Source: the human T2T-CHM13v2.0 reference genome, Homo sapiens. From it: a DNA stretch of 64,000 bases. Positions 25,329 through 40,785 of the stretch are shown here, piece by piece. Each line of letters starts with the position of its first letter. Within the stretch, counting starts at the first letter, position 1. The translations under genes and the position numbers were made by a program. The notes below the pieces were generated by a model that ran no database searches, was not told where the DNA came from, and saw nothing but the letters and a program-made list of their open reading frames with translations. Where the stretch lies: assembly GCF_009914755.1 (NCBI RefSeq), contig NC_060929.1; one strand, written 5' to 3'.

Positions 25329-25356
<28 letters not shown>
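25329..25356. repeat. (AC)14 microsatellite
   Basis: Directly visible. Confidence 0.95.
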
Positions 25357-25754
25357 CCCTTTCGCTGTGAGAGAAAAGTGACCTTTAGGAAGATACTGGT
25401 GTGTAAAAGGAAATAAGAGGAATAGGAACCAAGGGTTAATAAACCATATTTGAACTTTGTACTTACAGACCCAGAATATAAATGTTGGATATTCTACAAA
25501 TACGAAGATTCTGCTGATCTTCACTTCCCCAGTCACTCTTAAATGGAGGACCTTAGAAGGTGCATGTAACAATCCAAATTCATTTAAACTTACCTCTGTC
25601 CAGATTCCATGGACAACTTTTGCTAGAATCCAGAGTCTAAATTTCCATTAATTACATATACTTCATTTTTTAGGACCCATATTCAGTGCTTTGTTATAAG
25701 GACTCCAGTGACTTACGAACCTGAACAATACATCTACGCATTAAAGCTTATGTG

Positions 25755-26220
25755 GAATTTTTCCTCTTTTTCTTGACTTCTCAGCTGATTTCCACATAGT
25801 TGACTATCTTCCTCATACATTCTTCTCCTTTGAATTCTGTGACTTCATACTCAGCTGGTTCTCCTTTTACCTTACTAGTGGTTCTTTCTTGGTCTTTAAT
25901 TGCTTCTCCTCTGGGTTTTAAATATTTAGATTCCTAAGTATGTTTTTCTAGACTCTCTTCTCTTTGCACTCTCCACTTTTTTCTTAAGTAAACTCATTGA
26001 TTCCAGGGTTTCCATGTAACGCAATTGCCACCTAATTTGATACACCCAGCCCACACAGCTCCTGTGAGCACCAAATCCTCATATCCAACTGCATAATTAA
26101 TGTCCCAGGAAGATAATTCACAGGGCTTTGATTTTACACAAGCAAAATCCAGCTCATGATATTTCCTCAAAAAATAGCCTTTGTGTCCATTGTATTATTC
26201 AGCCAGTGGCAGTCACCATG
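25755..26220 (+). mobile_element. L2 RT-region fragment
   Basis: CTTGACTTCTCAGCTGATTTCCACATAGTTGAC (LDLSAAFDTVD-like) and CTGGTTCTCCTTTTACCT (WFSSYL-like); pyrimidine-rich. Confidence 0.7.
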
Positions 26221-26278
26221 GTTTCAGAGCACCAGTTATAATTTGAACTGACTTAGGCTCTAATCTTACCTCACACTC

Positions 26279-26633
26279 TGTATTTTTCCATTCTCATGCT
26301 GCTAATAAAGACATAGTCAAGACTGGGTAATTTATAAAGGAAAGAGGTTTAATGGATTCACAGTTCCACATGGCTGGGGAGGCTTCACAATCATGACAGA
26401 AGGCAAAGGAAGAGCAAAGGCCTGTCTTACATGGCAGCAGGCAAGAGGGAATGTGCAGGGGAACTCCCCTTTATAAAACCATCAGATCTCATGAGACTTA
26501 TTCACTACCATGAGAACAGCACAAGAAAAACCTGCCCCCATGATTCAATTACCTCCCACTGGATCCCTCCCATGACACATGGGGATTATTACAATTTAAA
26601 GTGACATTTGGGTGGGGACATGAAGCCATATCA
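26279..26633 (-). mobile_element. THE1 (THE1B-like) solo LTR
   Basis: TGTATT...GCTGCTAATAAAGACATA..GACTGGGTAATTTATAAAGGAAAGAGGTTTAATGG...CCATATCA. Confidence 0.92.
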
Positions 26634-26895
26634 GACACTTAACTCAGTTCCATCTCAACTTGTTACCTATCTCCAGAAAACATCATCATTATTAATCAAA
26701 TGAATTGAGAATCTGCATCTAAGCGTGTTGTTCCCTCCGTTCTTCCTTATTTCCCAAATCCTACTAGTGTTTCTTCCAATATTTTTCTGTCACATCTGTT
26801 CTCAGGAACAGAGCTGTTTTTATATAATAACCTGAGCATCTGACTCTCCCCTCTCTTGTTTTAATTCTGGCAATAGAATCCATGGGATTTCTGGA

Positions 26896-27140
26896 GCCAA
26901 GGATGGTGAGTACAGCATGTAGTCTCAGCTAAATTTAAGCTCCCTTTTAAACATAAGTTCCAATTCCAAACATCTTTGTGAATATATAAAAACTGAATGC
27001 TTTTAACAGCACCCAAGTCACCTGGAGGCCAAGGTCAGAGGATCTTTTGAGCCCAAGAGTTCAAGACCAGTCTGGGCAACATAGTGAAACTCCATCTTAA
27101 AATAAATAAATAAATATTAAATAAATTTATTATTTATTTA
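26896..27140 (+). mobile_element. FLAM_A-like Alu monomer interrupted by foreign sequence
   Basis: 5' part GCCAAGGATGGTG..GCATGTAGTCTCAGCTA (26896-26931); remainder GGAGGCCAAGG..GAGTTCAAGACCAGTCTGGGCAACATAGTGAAACTCCATCT plus an AAAT tail from 27024; degenerate TSD at 26876-26892 and 27142-27158. Confidence 0.75.
26939..27023 (-). mobile_element. THE1/MST internal-region fragment
   Basis: TCCCTTTTAAACATAAGTTCCAATTCCAAAC..AAAACTGAATGCTTTTAACAGCACCCAAGTCACCT matches remembered MaLR THE1-int sequence. Confidence 0.75.
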
Positions 27141-27595
27141 TGAAGTCATAGAATTTCTCTTGTTGATGGTTTTTCTGTTCCATACCTCTAAACCCTTGAG
27201 TTTATCATCTAGCAGTTTTCAAAATATTCCTCTATATCAATGTTTCTCAAACATTTTATCTACAAAACACTTCTTATTCAATGTAAATCAGTATCACTAA
27301 TTTCAGGTAAAAACTGCCATATTTTAAGTTATAAAAATAAAACATTAAAATCAGTATTTTCATTAATTTTATATCAATGATGGGGATAATAATACTTCTA
27401 ACATTTTACTGAGGTCTCTGTATAATGCCAGTGGTATATAGTAAAAATTAGCTATGGGTTAGGTACACATCTGTGTTGATTTATTTTCTGTCTTAAAGAT
27501 CAACCATAATGGTAACAAATTTAGATCGTTCTGGCTAGAAAGTTAAACAGTGATAAGAAATTATGAAGAAATTTCACATCAAAAACAATTTTCAG

Positions 27596-27885
27596 AGCAG
27601 GGCACAATGCCTCATGCCCATAATCCCAGCACTTTGGGAGGCTAAGGTCGGAGGATTGCTTAGGCAAAGAGTTTGAGATCAGCCTGGAAAACAGGGAGAC
27701 CTTTTCTCTACAAAAAATTTTAAAATTAGCTGCACATGATGTCTGTAGTCCTAGCTACTTAGGATGCTGACTCGAGAGGATTACTTGAGCCCAGCAATTT
27801 GAAAATACAGTTTCATGCCACTGCACTTCAGTCGAGGTGACAGAGCAAGATCCCTGTCTCTACAAAAAAAATTTAAAAAATAATA
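27596..27885 (+). mobile_element. AluJ
   Basis: Diverged dimer with GGAGGATTGCTT and GAGGATTACTTGAGCCCAG J-family diagnostics. Confidence 0.88.
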
Positions 27886-28495
27886 ATATTTTCAATGCTC
27901 CTTTAGAATATACGTTGGCAACCACACCACTTTAAAATATTTTAATTTGGAAGACTGTAGCAAATAGATTTTTCATTTGCTACATTGAATGCGGCCCTGA
28001 AAGGTATTTTTGTAGTAACACTTAGATATCAATGTAGATATAACCATTATATATTATCAATGCTTTTTTTCTGATGAGTGAATAAAATCATCAAGTATTG
28101 GGTAAGAGTCAGACTCATGGTTGGAGCCATTTGCTCCATAATTTAGCCTTACTTTAAATCCTGTTATACTTTAATCAAAAATAAATAAATAAAGTCATGA
28201 TATTTCTATTTTTAAGCAGTAAATTTAGCCTTTTCAAGATTCAAACATATCACTAAGATTTATCATTTGAATAAGCCACTAAAGTTAACATACTAAGTAT
28301 CCTAAGTACCAAGAAGAAATATTTTGTATCATCTTCACTTCAAAAACAGTAATTTTTGAAGCAAAGATGTTATGCTCTGAAAATTACTCTGTTTCCCATT
28401 AACAGCCAGAGCACCTCAGTGAAAAACCTGTCTTATAAGTTTTTGTCTATTTCTTCTTAAAACACCCAGAAAAGAAGTATTAACACTGACAGTAA

Positions 28496-28931
<436 letters not shown>

Positions 28932-29371
28932 TAGCACCACTCAAATATAATGATTAATACTTTTTAAAAATCTCTTCTGTGGCATTAGATTTAGTGATAA
29001 CTGAAACAAAGTCATTGAGTACTTACCTCTCGTATACTCTGCATATTTATCAAAAATGCATTCATGTTAGGCACATCACTTTTTTTGTCCAAAGGAAAGT
29101 GCTTAATATTTAGTAAGCACATGAACATAATTGCTTTTCCAAATCAACTATCTTTGGTATTAGGCAACATCCAACAGTGTTGTTTGATTTTAAAATCATA
29201 ACTTACAAATAATGTTTTAATTTTTTTTTAGCATTCATTATACTAGTTTATAATCTTTTGGCAATATCAAGACTAACACATTTTAAGAATAAAATCTCAA
29301 AAAATTCCACAGTAATTTTTGTGGTTTTTAGTTTAGCAAGATTCAATAACTTTTTATGAAAAGCAAAATTT

Positions 29372-29704
<333 letters not shown>

Positions 29705-30621
29705 CTAGAAAAATTTCAATTGATTTGATTTGCGAGTAATCAGAAAATAGCATCGTAACAAATACAGCTTTTAGTCTTTATTTGATACAGTTTTCAAAAT
29801 AAATAGACTGCATATCCTATAAAATTTAATTTTCACATATTCGTCTGAATAATCCATTGTATTTCTTACCTAAAGTTTTCTATTTTGGCTGCTTATGTTA
29901 ACCTATTATACTTTATTATTTTTCTAAAACTATGCAGATTTATATTCTATATTCACATGATTATTCTTAAATGATGTATTACCTGACAGTTGTTATCGCT
30001 TTTATGCTTTTATAAAACATTTTAATCCATTGATCTATGTTTCAGGATTTGGGGCTAAAATGCAAAACAACTATAATAATAGAATACGAACTTCGAAAGC
30101 TTAAGCAATAAGTAAATGATACACAAATATTTTAATCAAAACAAGCTGCCCCTTGAAAACTAAATGTAAGCCAAGACAAACTGACCAATTTAGTGCTTGT
30201 TGCACTTACTAAGATTGTAAGGAAGTAATGGAACTTCTGAAAATCTTATGATTAATCTTCTATTTTAAAGTTGTAAAGTTATATACATTTTATATATAAA
30301 GTTATATATATTTTATATACATTTCTTTCCTTTTTTCTTTGTAAATATCACATCACATGATAAACCTTGATAAACCAATTGGTATCACCATACATTGATA
30401 TACATGTCACCAAAAAAGTATTCCATAGGTCAAGTCCTCGGAAAATTTGAACTAAACAAAGTCTACTAAGTTTCTTTCCTAAGAGCAAAAATTTAGCATG
30501 TGATGGTGTATGAAATTACTTCAGCACATTATTTTCTTCCCATTTTATGGAAGTTTCATTTGGAACATGGTTTGAAAATAGATTTTTGTTTGTTTGTTCC
30601 TTCAGTCCCACCTGGACTTAA

Positions 30622-30949
<328 letters not shown>

Positions 30950-32733
30950 AATTAGTGAGTTTAATGAGACTAACCAGGTGTCACTTATGGCTTAGGTGTA
31001 TGCCTCCCCCCACCCCACAAGAAAACAGCTTAGTTCCTGAATAGGCATGTCAGTTTACTTTCTTCTGGAGTCCTCAGCTGAAAGACATTAACTACCATTA
31101 ATTCTAACATTTGTAGTCATGTTTAACTTATCCATTTCTTGCATCTTAGGATTTCATGTAGCCTAGTTTCTTCCATCTTCTGATAAAGGTACAGCTTCAT
31201 ATTCTAGGCTTTCAGACCTTTATATAGCTCCAAAAGTACTGAATGTACTTTCCTTCTCTCACGCTGTTTTGCCACGTTTATCCACTTACCACTTTCTTCA
31301 TCTTGGCACTGATTTTGCTTCATCTGCATAAAATATATTTTCTTCCTGTCTCCCTTCTTGGATTATTTATTACACCTTGTCTAAACATGTTCAACACTTT
31401 TGGAAGTGGCAAATCATAACACAAAAGAAAAAGAAACCACTGTTCCAAGAGCAAGGTGAAAGATTTTTGTTATTATTAGTTATAGTTCTGAGGAGAGAAT
31501 GTGACCAGTGAAAAGGTAAGATCATTATGGGGTTAAATACTGCAAATAACAAGCAAGTGAATTTTATAAAAGTTTCTTATCCTTATTGAATCTCAATTTT
31601 CTCATCTTTAAAATAGATATAATATCCAAAGGTAGATTTATGATATAGAATGCATAATCTGGAAAATAAGAGATATTCAATATATATTAATTACTCGCAT
31701 CCTGTTTCCTTGGGGCAATCAGTGTTTGTGGAATTCAGACAAGCTACTTTATTCCACTTACTTCATCCACCACAAGCAAGAAGTTTAAACCACATAATGT
31801 TAAAGGGCCTTGAATTTCTAATACTCTGTGAGCATAAGGCATGTTCCCTTCACCTCCTTCTACGGGAATCCAGCCACATGTCATTGCACATAACTGGGAG
31901 TCTCTCTGCAGAAAGGTAAGAACAACATGTACCTCAGAGGTCACCAGAGCAACTCCCTGGGTGCCCCTACTTGGTGTCTCATGATGAATTATAGCCTTTC
32001 ATGGGCTTCCCTAAAACGTCCTTTTATAAGTAGTTGCAGAAATAGTTTACTTATATTTCTTCTTATTTCTCATAGGCTACGTATGCTGCCAAGAAGTCCA
32101 GGGATTTACAAAGTTTTATTAAAAATTTACTTTTCTAGCAATAAATTTCAATCACTAGGTTCTAGGCATGTTGGTCAGGGATGTTCTGGGTACCAGCCAT
32201 ATAAATGAGTGGTTCTTCTGTTTTCAACAAATGGGGATTTCATACCACTCTAACTCTTCCTGAGTGAAATGACAGTCTACTGTTCTCTCCATTATAGTAT
32301 TAAACTGACTTCATTAGGGTTGCTGATACTTCTTTTATTTTCCTTTCAATCTCTTATAATGGATTAAAAAAATACAAATCTAAAAATGCATTTATTACTA
32401 TACTTTTCTCTAAAAGCATTGCCCAAAATAATACTTTAAAGTAAAGTAACTAATATTCTCTAATATCCCATATGATAGCTATCAGTAGTTTAATACTGCC
32501 TTGAAAAGTACATGGAAAAATAAACCAATCCAACTAGCGAAGATATATTCATGTAATATTATATGTCTGACAAATTCACTCAAGCTAAAAATAATTAGCA
32601 TTAAATCAATAAATTCAAGCTATGTGCGTAATCATCCCAATCTTTTAGAAGTCTGCTTTGCCACACCCTGTTCTCTTTTTTCTACTACATGTCATAGTTA
32701 ATAGGTTTTTAATTAATACACAAGTATTATTTC

Positions 32734-33052
<319 letters not shown>

Positions 33053-33149
33053 CTATATGCAAGTAATATTTCTAAAAAAGATTAGAAATTACTTGTTAGT
33101 AATGATACCTAACATTCAATCCCACCTTCTATGTTTAGACAGACTTGAC

Positions 33150-33315
33150 CCATCTCTCTGGGATCTTTTGATAGCTATCTTATAATCAAAAAGAAAATGT
33201 TCAGAGAGGCTAGGTGCTTTGCTCAAGGTCACCCAATAAATATAGGGCAGAACTAATATAAAAGCTCAGGTCATCTAATTTCAGTGTTCTTGTTCTTATT
33301 ATAAGACTCCACTGC
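33150..33315 (-). mobile_element. MIR
   Basis: Core-like TTCAGAGAGGCTAGGTGCTTTGCTCAAGGTCACCCA. Confidence 0.65.
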
Positions 33316-34094
33316 TTCTCAATTTATGTCATAGCCATAAAAATTAGCATTTAAAATATTTTCAATTTACTTCTAATTATTCAGTTCTTCCTTTATCGTT
33401 CAGTTTAAGTGCTAAATATGACCCAAAAAAGGACTTTAATACAAGCCTACATTTAATGAAGTAAAAAGTCGTTTTATTTACCTAGCATCTTTTGTATCTC
33501 TATTAATTGCTGATTGTGTAACTGTTGCCTTTTTTCAAATAGAAAAAGTCATTATGTGTATGATAGTATTTGAAAGCACACTTAGCCCAGAATATCTTCC
33601 TCACTGCATATCATTTGTTTACCTGACGTACAATCTTGTATAATGCAGCCACCATAAGAAATGGGTCACCCTAACTAATATCAGCTAATATTTTAGGGAA
33701 GGAAGGTAATAGATAATGAGCTAGCAAACCTGATAAGATCTCAAACAGAAATAGAAGTCAGGGTCTGTCTCATTTTATTTTTGTGTGTTTGTGTATGGCA
33801 GGCAAAAGTGCAGAGTATTATTTGGAGGTTGGAAGAAAAAAGTAGCCTGAAGGTATTGAAATAGAATACATAGTATAAAGGTCTCCTACTTTTTATTATT
33901 TGACTTGAGTTTAGCTGCTCTAAATTGAGTTCATCTTGCAAAGCATTAAAGCTGTTAGGTGACCGTGAGAAATCTTGAGGCCACTTGCCCTCTAACTTCC
34001 ACACCACCAAATGCACTAATTCAATAACCTCAGAGCTCTTTTTGACCCCCGTCTTTCTGTACAAAGCTTGAGTCCTCATACAGCCAGATGAGAC

Positions 34095-34190
34095 ACTGAG
34101 TATTAGGGAAAACCTACATTAAAGCCAAGGCTTCACCACCAGGCAATATATGCATGTAACAAAGCGCATTTTCTATCCCTTAAATATATT
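34095..34190 (+). mobile_element. L1MA/L1PB 3'-terminal fragment
   Basis: CTTCACCACCAGGCAATATATGCATGTAACAAA..CCCTTAAATATAT. Confidence 0.65.
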
Positions 34191-35386
<1,196 letters not shown>

Positions 35387-37584
35387 AACTTAAAAAGAAC
35401 ATGTACAGGGTACTCAACTTTTCTACCTTGTGCTTTAAAAAAGAGAGGAGCCCAGATTTGTGCATCTGCTCTTTGAATGACCTAACAACACATCAAAATT
35501 TTATCTAGTTTTAGCTAGCTAGTTTGGAGTTTGAGATTGCACAAATTTGAGATGTTTCTTCTTCATTTTTACAACTGATATGTGACAAGTGATGAAATTT
35601 TCAGCATAAATTTTGCCATTGGGGCTTCTATCTTTTTTTATGATTTGTTATCAGGCCCTGCTATCCTTCAAGCCACAAATACAAGTGCAACTTTCATCTG
35701 CATTTCAAATTGAGGTTAAGTATAAAAATTAAACATTTTCATCTTATTCTGGGTATCGGTCACTCTCTGTCTGCTCCAGAAAGAGCAAGACATACTTCCT
35801 GCTGCGTCTCTTTCAGAATGAGTTCTTGGAAAGGCCATAAGAGAAGAATAACTTGTTATTAACACGTCTACAACATATATAATTTACAGCTCTACCTACG
35901 TATTCAGCATTTAAATATGGTTCCCAAACAGCTTGGGGAAAAAAAAAAACAGGACAAAAGAGTTTTTTTCAACTGTGTCAGCTACAATCAAACAAGTAAA
36001 ATAGTAAAATAAAATACAACCACCCACCCTCAACATATAAAGTAAACCTCTTAATTTCTACTAGAATCTGGTGGGTTCAATTATTGAAAAATGAAGATTC
36101 TATAAGAATATGATCATATAAACATCTATTTAATGTCTCATACAAAGGAAAAATAAACCGAAGTAAAAGTGCTTTAAAATATTTTATTAAATATTACCAA
36201 TAATACCCAATCTATTCATAGCTAAGAAAACACATCTTGCCTGATCTGTAAATCACTGTCACACTGATTGTATGTAGTTGTGTGTTGTGGGTGGTGCTTG
36301 TGTTTGTGGATGAGGGTGTGTAATCAATTTTCTTCTTTGGAATTTAACTTTAGAAGAAGTGCTCAGATCCTGCTGGGTAGCTAAATGAATCAACCTGTCT
36401 AAACATTTTTTTTTTAACAACAACTCTATCTACATTCCAGCATCTTGAAACGATTGTAAAACCACAGACCAAAAAAATTAAATTAATCCCCAGTGGACTG
36501 TAAAGGTTGCTGTTAATAACACTCATCTGAACTTAAGGCTTTAAGAGTTGCACGTCTGTCAAATAAAGGAGACAGAGAGCAAGGAGGGGAAGCAAAGACA
36601 GCCTCAAAACAGGGAGAGCACTTTCAGCTTCAACAGGTACAAATTGCAGATGGGAAATAGACTGTTAGCAAAATAAATTATTTCCTGCCCTCTTGCAATT
36701 TTTCACAACCTGTGTGGCAAAGATTTTACTGCTGACACCATCAACATATTCTTAGCATCTGTAGTCATTTACTGTGACCTAGTGGGTAAATCAACCCTCT
36801 TCTCCAAATAACCAAACACCAGATTCTGTATAATGCAAAATGCCGTCTGCTTTCCCGAGTGTGCAATGGAATTAGAAAAATAGAATTGGTCCAAAAGCTG
36901 CATTTATTTAACAAGGTGGTTATACAGAGAGCAAGCATTTATGAAGTCTCTTTTTATTTTCAAACTTCTGGCTCAATTTACACCAAAACAAATTCTAAAC
37001 TGCTCCTTCAGAAACCATTTTCCAAATGATATTCCTCCCTGAACCTCCCTAAGTGCATACAAACACACTCCTACATATCCTTATCCTTCCCTCTGTCCCC
37101 CTCCTTGCCTCCAAAAATGAAGCACTCTCATCTATTTGTTACTGTTTATTCAAAATAGCGACAAGGAGAGTAAGGCCATTTGAGGATAACAAAAAGAGAC
37201 TCGATGTCACTTGCTCTCAAGACAAACACTTGACAGCAGTCTGAAACCACGTCGAGCCATGTTCTATTAAAAAAAAATCTATATCTTTTGAACCCTGCCT
37301 ATTTATGAGCAGACAATTCTGAGTAATGTTACGCTTTGGAGCTTGAGAGAAAGCCACAAATATCATGCTTGGAAAATAGTGTCTCTAGACTAAAACTGAT
37401 AAATGGCTGTTATGAGTGTGTCTTTTGAAAGAGAGTGTTGTGCAGACACAGCACAATCCCTAAAGAACGAGAGAAAAAAAGTCATATGTGAAGAATAACA
37501 CACACAAGGGCCTGAAGTGAAGGTCACCGCACTGTCACAATCATGAGAAGCCCTTTGACTGAAAGATCACATACCATCACTAAA

Positions 37585-37740
37585 TTGTAGATTCAGAGTA
37601 GCCTTTAAGGAGCGTTCAATTGACCCCTCTTGTTTGTTAATCATGAGAACATTCAGATCCAGAGTTAAGTAACTTCCTCAGGATAAAACACGAGATATGT
37701 GACAGAACTAGAACAGGAACTTCAGTCCCCTGTTGTGAGC
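37585..37740 (-). mobile_element. MIR/MIR3
   Basis: GATCCAGAGTTAAGTAACTTCCTCAGGAT..ACAC...GACAGAACTAGAAC core. Confidence 0.6.
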
Positions 37741-37757
37741 CTAGTATCCAGTTATGA

Positions 37758-38060
<303 letters not shown>

Positions 38061-38629
38061 AGCTACTTAGCTTTAATCTGGGCTTCCTAAAAACAACAAT
38101 GCAGGTAGAAATGGTAAAATTCATTACAGAGCCAACCGTATTTTTACACAAAACAAATATGTTGACAAAAATGATAATTATAGGCAATAAGGTTCATATA
38201 TTGTTCTTAAGATGAAAAGGATCTAAAAGCATTTGGACTGTAGTGAATTTCTAACCAAAAATGAAATCAGTAGACTACTGGCCATGATAACTGATCTTTC
38301 TTCCAGCTGCCCTTGTTTGATTAGAGACACTTCCTAGAACTTTAATGTATAAGGAAGACGGAAATGATGCTCACTCAGGTATCTGGCACAAGGTAACCTT
38401 GTGAGGAGGCATTTGAGAATAACTAAATTTTTTTTTAAAATACCCTGTTTGTCATTACTTCAGCTGATTTGAACAAAACTGTGTTGTACTGAACTCTCTG
38501 GTCCCTGGGGAGTGACCGGATCTACCTTACTCTCACGATTAACTTAATCAGTCACATATGAAAGCTTTAGAAAAACAGTGATGTCCCCCTCTGCTACACT
38601 ACATCAAGCAGCCACATGTTGTCCCACTG

Positions 38630-38800
38630 CAGACAGACTGTCACTTTCACTGCAGAAGCTGTCATAGGATGGAAAAAGTTATCTGAGTGCTTGACAGCCA
38701 GACAGCCTGTTTTGGGGAAGAACACAAAGGTCAAAACCCTTGCCTGGAGTTCAAATATTTTTCTCTTAGAATAGCAATCCTGAATGAACTGTCAGTGTTT
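38630..38800. promoter_or_regulatory. Candidate enhancer: TGACAG (MEIS/TGIF/PKNOX) cluster
   Basis: CTGTCA/TGACAG at 38638, 38659, 38692 and 38789 in unique-looking DNA. Motif evidence only. Confidence 0.3.
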
Positions 38801-39954
38801 TGAGTATATTTTCCTTAGTTCAGGTTTTTTAAAATAAGTGGTTAGTCATTCATTTCTGGGGCAAAAAAGAGACCCAGTTTTTTAAGAAGTTTCTTCTTGT
38901 ATCAACAAACTTTCCATTTTTAAGAAAGAGTTACAGATGATTTGAATATCTAGATCAGTGGTATTCCTGAAGATGAGAAGTATATGAGGCAGGAGGCAGA
39001 AGCCTTCCTGGTAACAACCATCTCCCTAAAAGTCATTAAGAATATGGAGATTTGAATGAGCAAGTCTCTGAATCAAAGCTCAAACAACCCTTTGTTGTAA
39101 CCACAGAAAAATGACACCGTGAAATATAAAAAGATTAGTAAAATAGGAACCATCAAATGAAATTATACTTTTTATATCAAGATGAATTTCAGCTTATTTC
39201 TCCAACAATAAGTTGTTACGTCAACAACTAGGAAAATTTAAAGACAAAACCTGGAAAACTTGTAAGAAAAGTATGCTATGTAAACAGAAAATAGAGAAAG
39301 TGAATCAAATTAAACAGCCTTCCCCTTATTTATTATTCCTGATGAAGTCCCTTTTATTATGTGTGATTTGTGATTAAAAGGGAAAGTGAATATTTATCAC
39401 AATGGTGTTGTAATACCATTGTTTACATAAATTAGCATGGGGATGGATTGATAATCTAAGGTTCATAGAAAAGACCCATGCCCATGATAGAGCTCAATTC
39501 CATTACAGCAAATACCATTATAAGCCCTGTCAACAACATTCTTCAAATAAGATTTCTCAAATAATTTAAAAATCTAACAAGCTAAATAGGATCTGAGCAG
39601 TTTGGAGTTTTTCTTTTCACTTGCCTTTATTATGATTGAATTATAGCATCTTGTTCTGTGTGACAATTTTTTAAATATCTACAAGGTCCAAAATATTGTG
39701 CTAAGTATTGCGGATGAGTTTACAGAGCAGATTATGTATGAATAAGTGGGAGCAGCTCAATAGAGTTTGAAGACTGAGGCAGAAAGCAGTTGTACAGAGC
39801 TGGGAGGAACAAAAGGCAGGACAGGAAGGAAGCCAGGGAGCAAGGGTGAGGGCATGCAGAGCCTGCACTGAATAAGGAATTAGCTGGAGCCCTGTGGTGC
39901 TTCTCAGCCGCTTTTACATCTGTGCAGCATTGCTGTCAACCTGAAAGAAGCCTC

Positions 39955-40419
<465 letters not shown>

Positions 40420-40607
40420 TTAATCATAACCCTTGCATGGTCCTCTTTAACCTATTTATCTATCTGTCTGATTACTTTCATAATGGCATAAAATCCCATT
40501 TCTAGGCAGATTTGACTTGGAGATATAAACTTCTTAGCTACAATTAAAAGACCAGAAATGAATATCAGTGTCCAATCAGAGTCAATGGATACTAACTAGA
40601 CCTAGGA

Positions 40608-40785
40608 TAAAGTTGCCAAATTTAGCAAATAACAACTCAGGATACCCTGTTACATGGTAAACAGTATTTTTTAGTATAAATGTATTCCATTCAATATTTG
40701 GTACATGCTTATATTTAGAAAATTATTCACTGTTTATCTGAAATTCAAATTTAACTGGTTGTCCTATATGTAACCGGCAACCATA
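40608..40785. mobile_element. MER53 (palindromic hAT-type MITE)
   Basis: GTTGCCAAATTTAGCAAATAA...TTTTTTAGTATAA...TGTTTATCTGAAATTCAAATTTAACTGG...GGCAACCATA. Confidence 0.85.
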
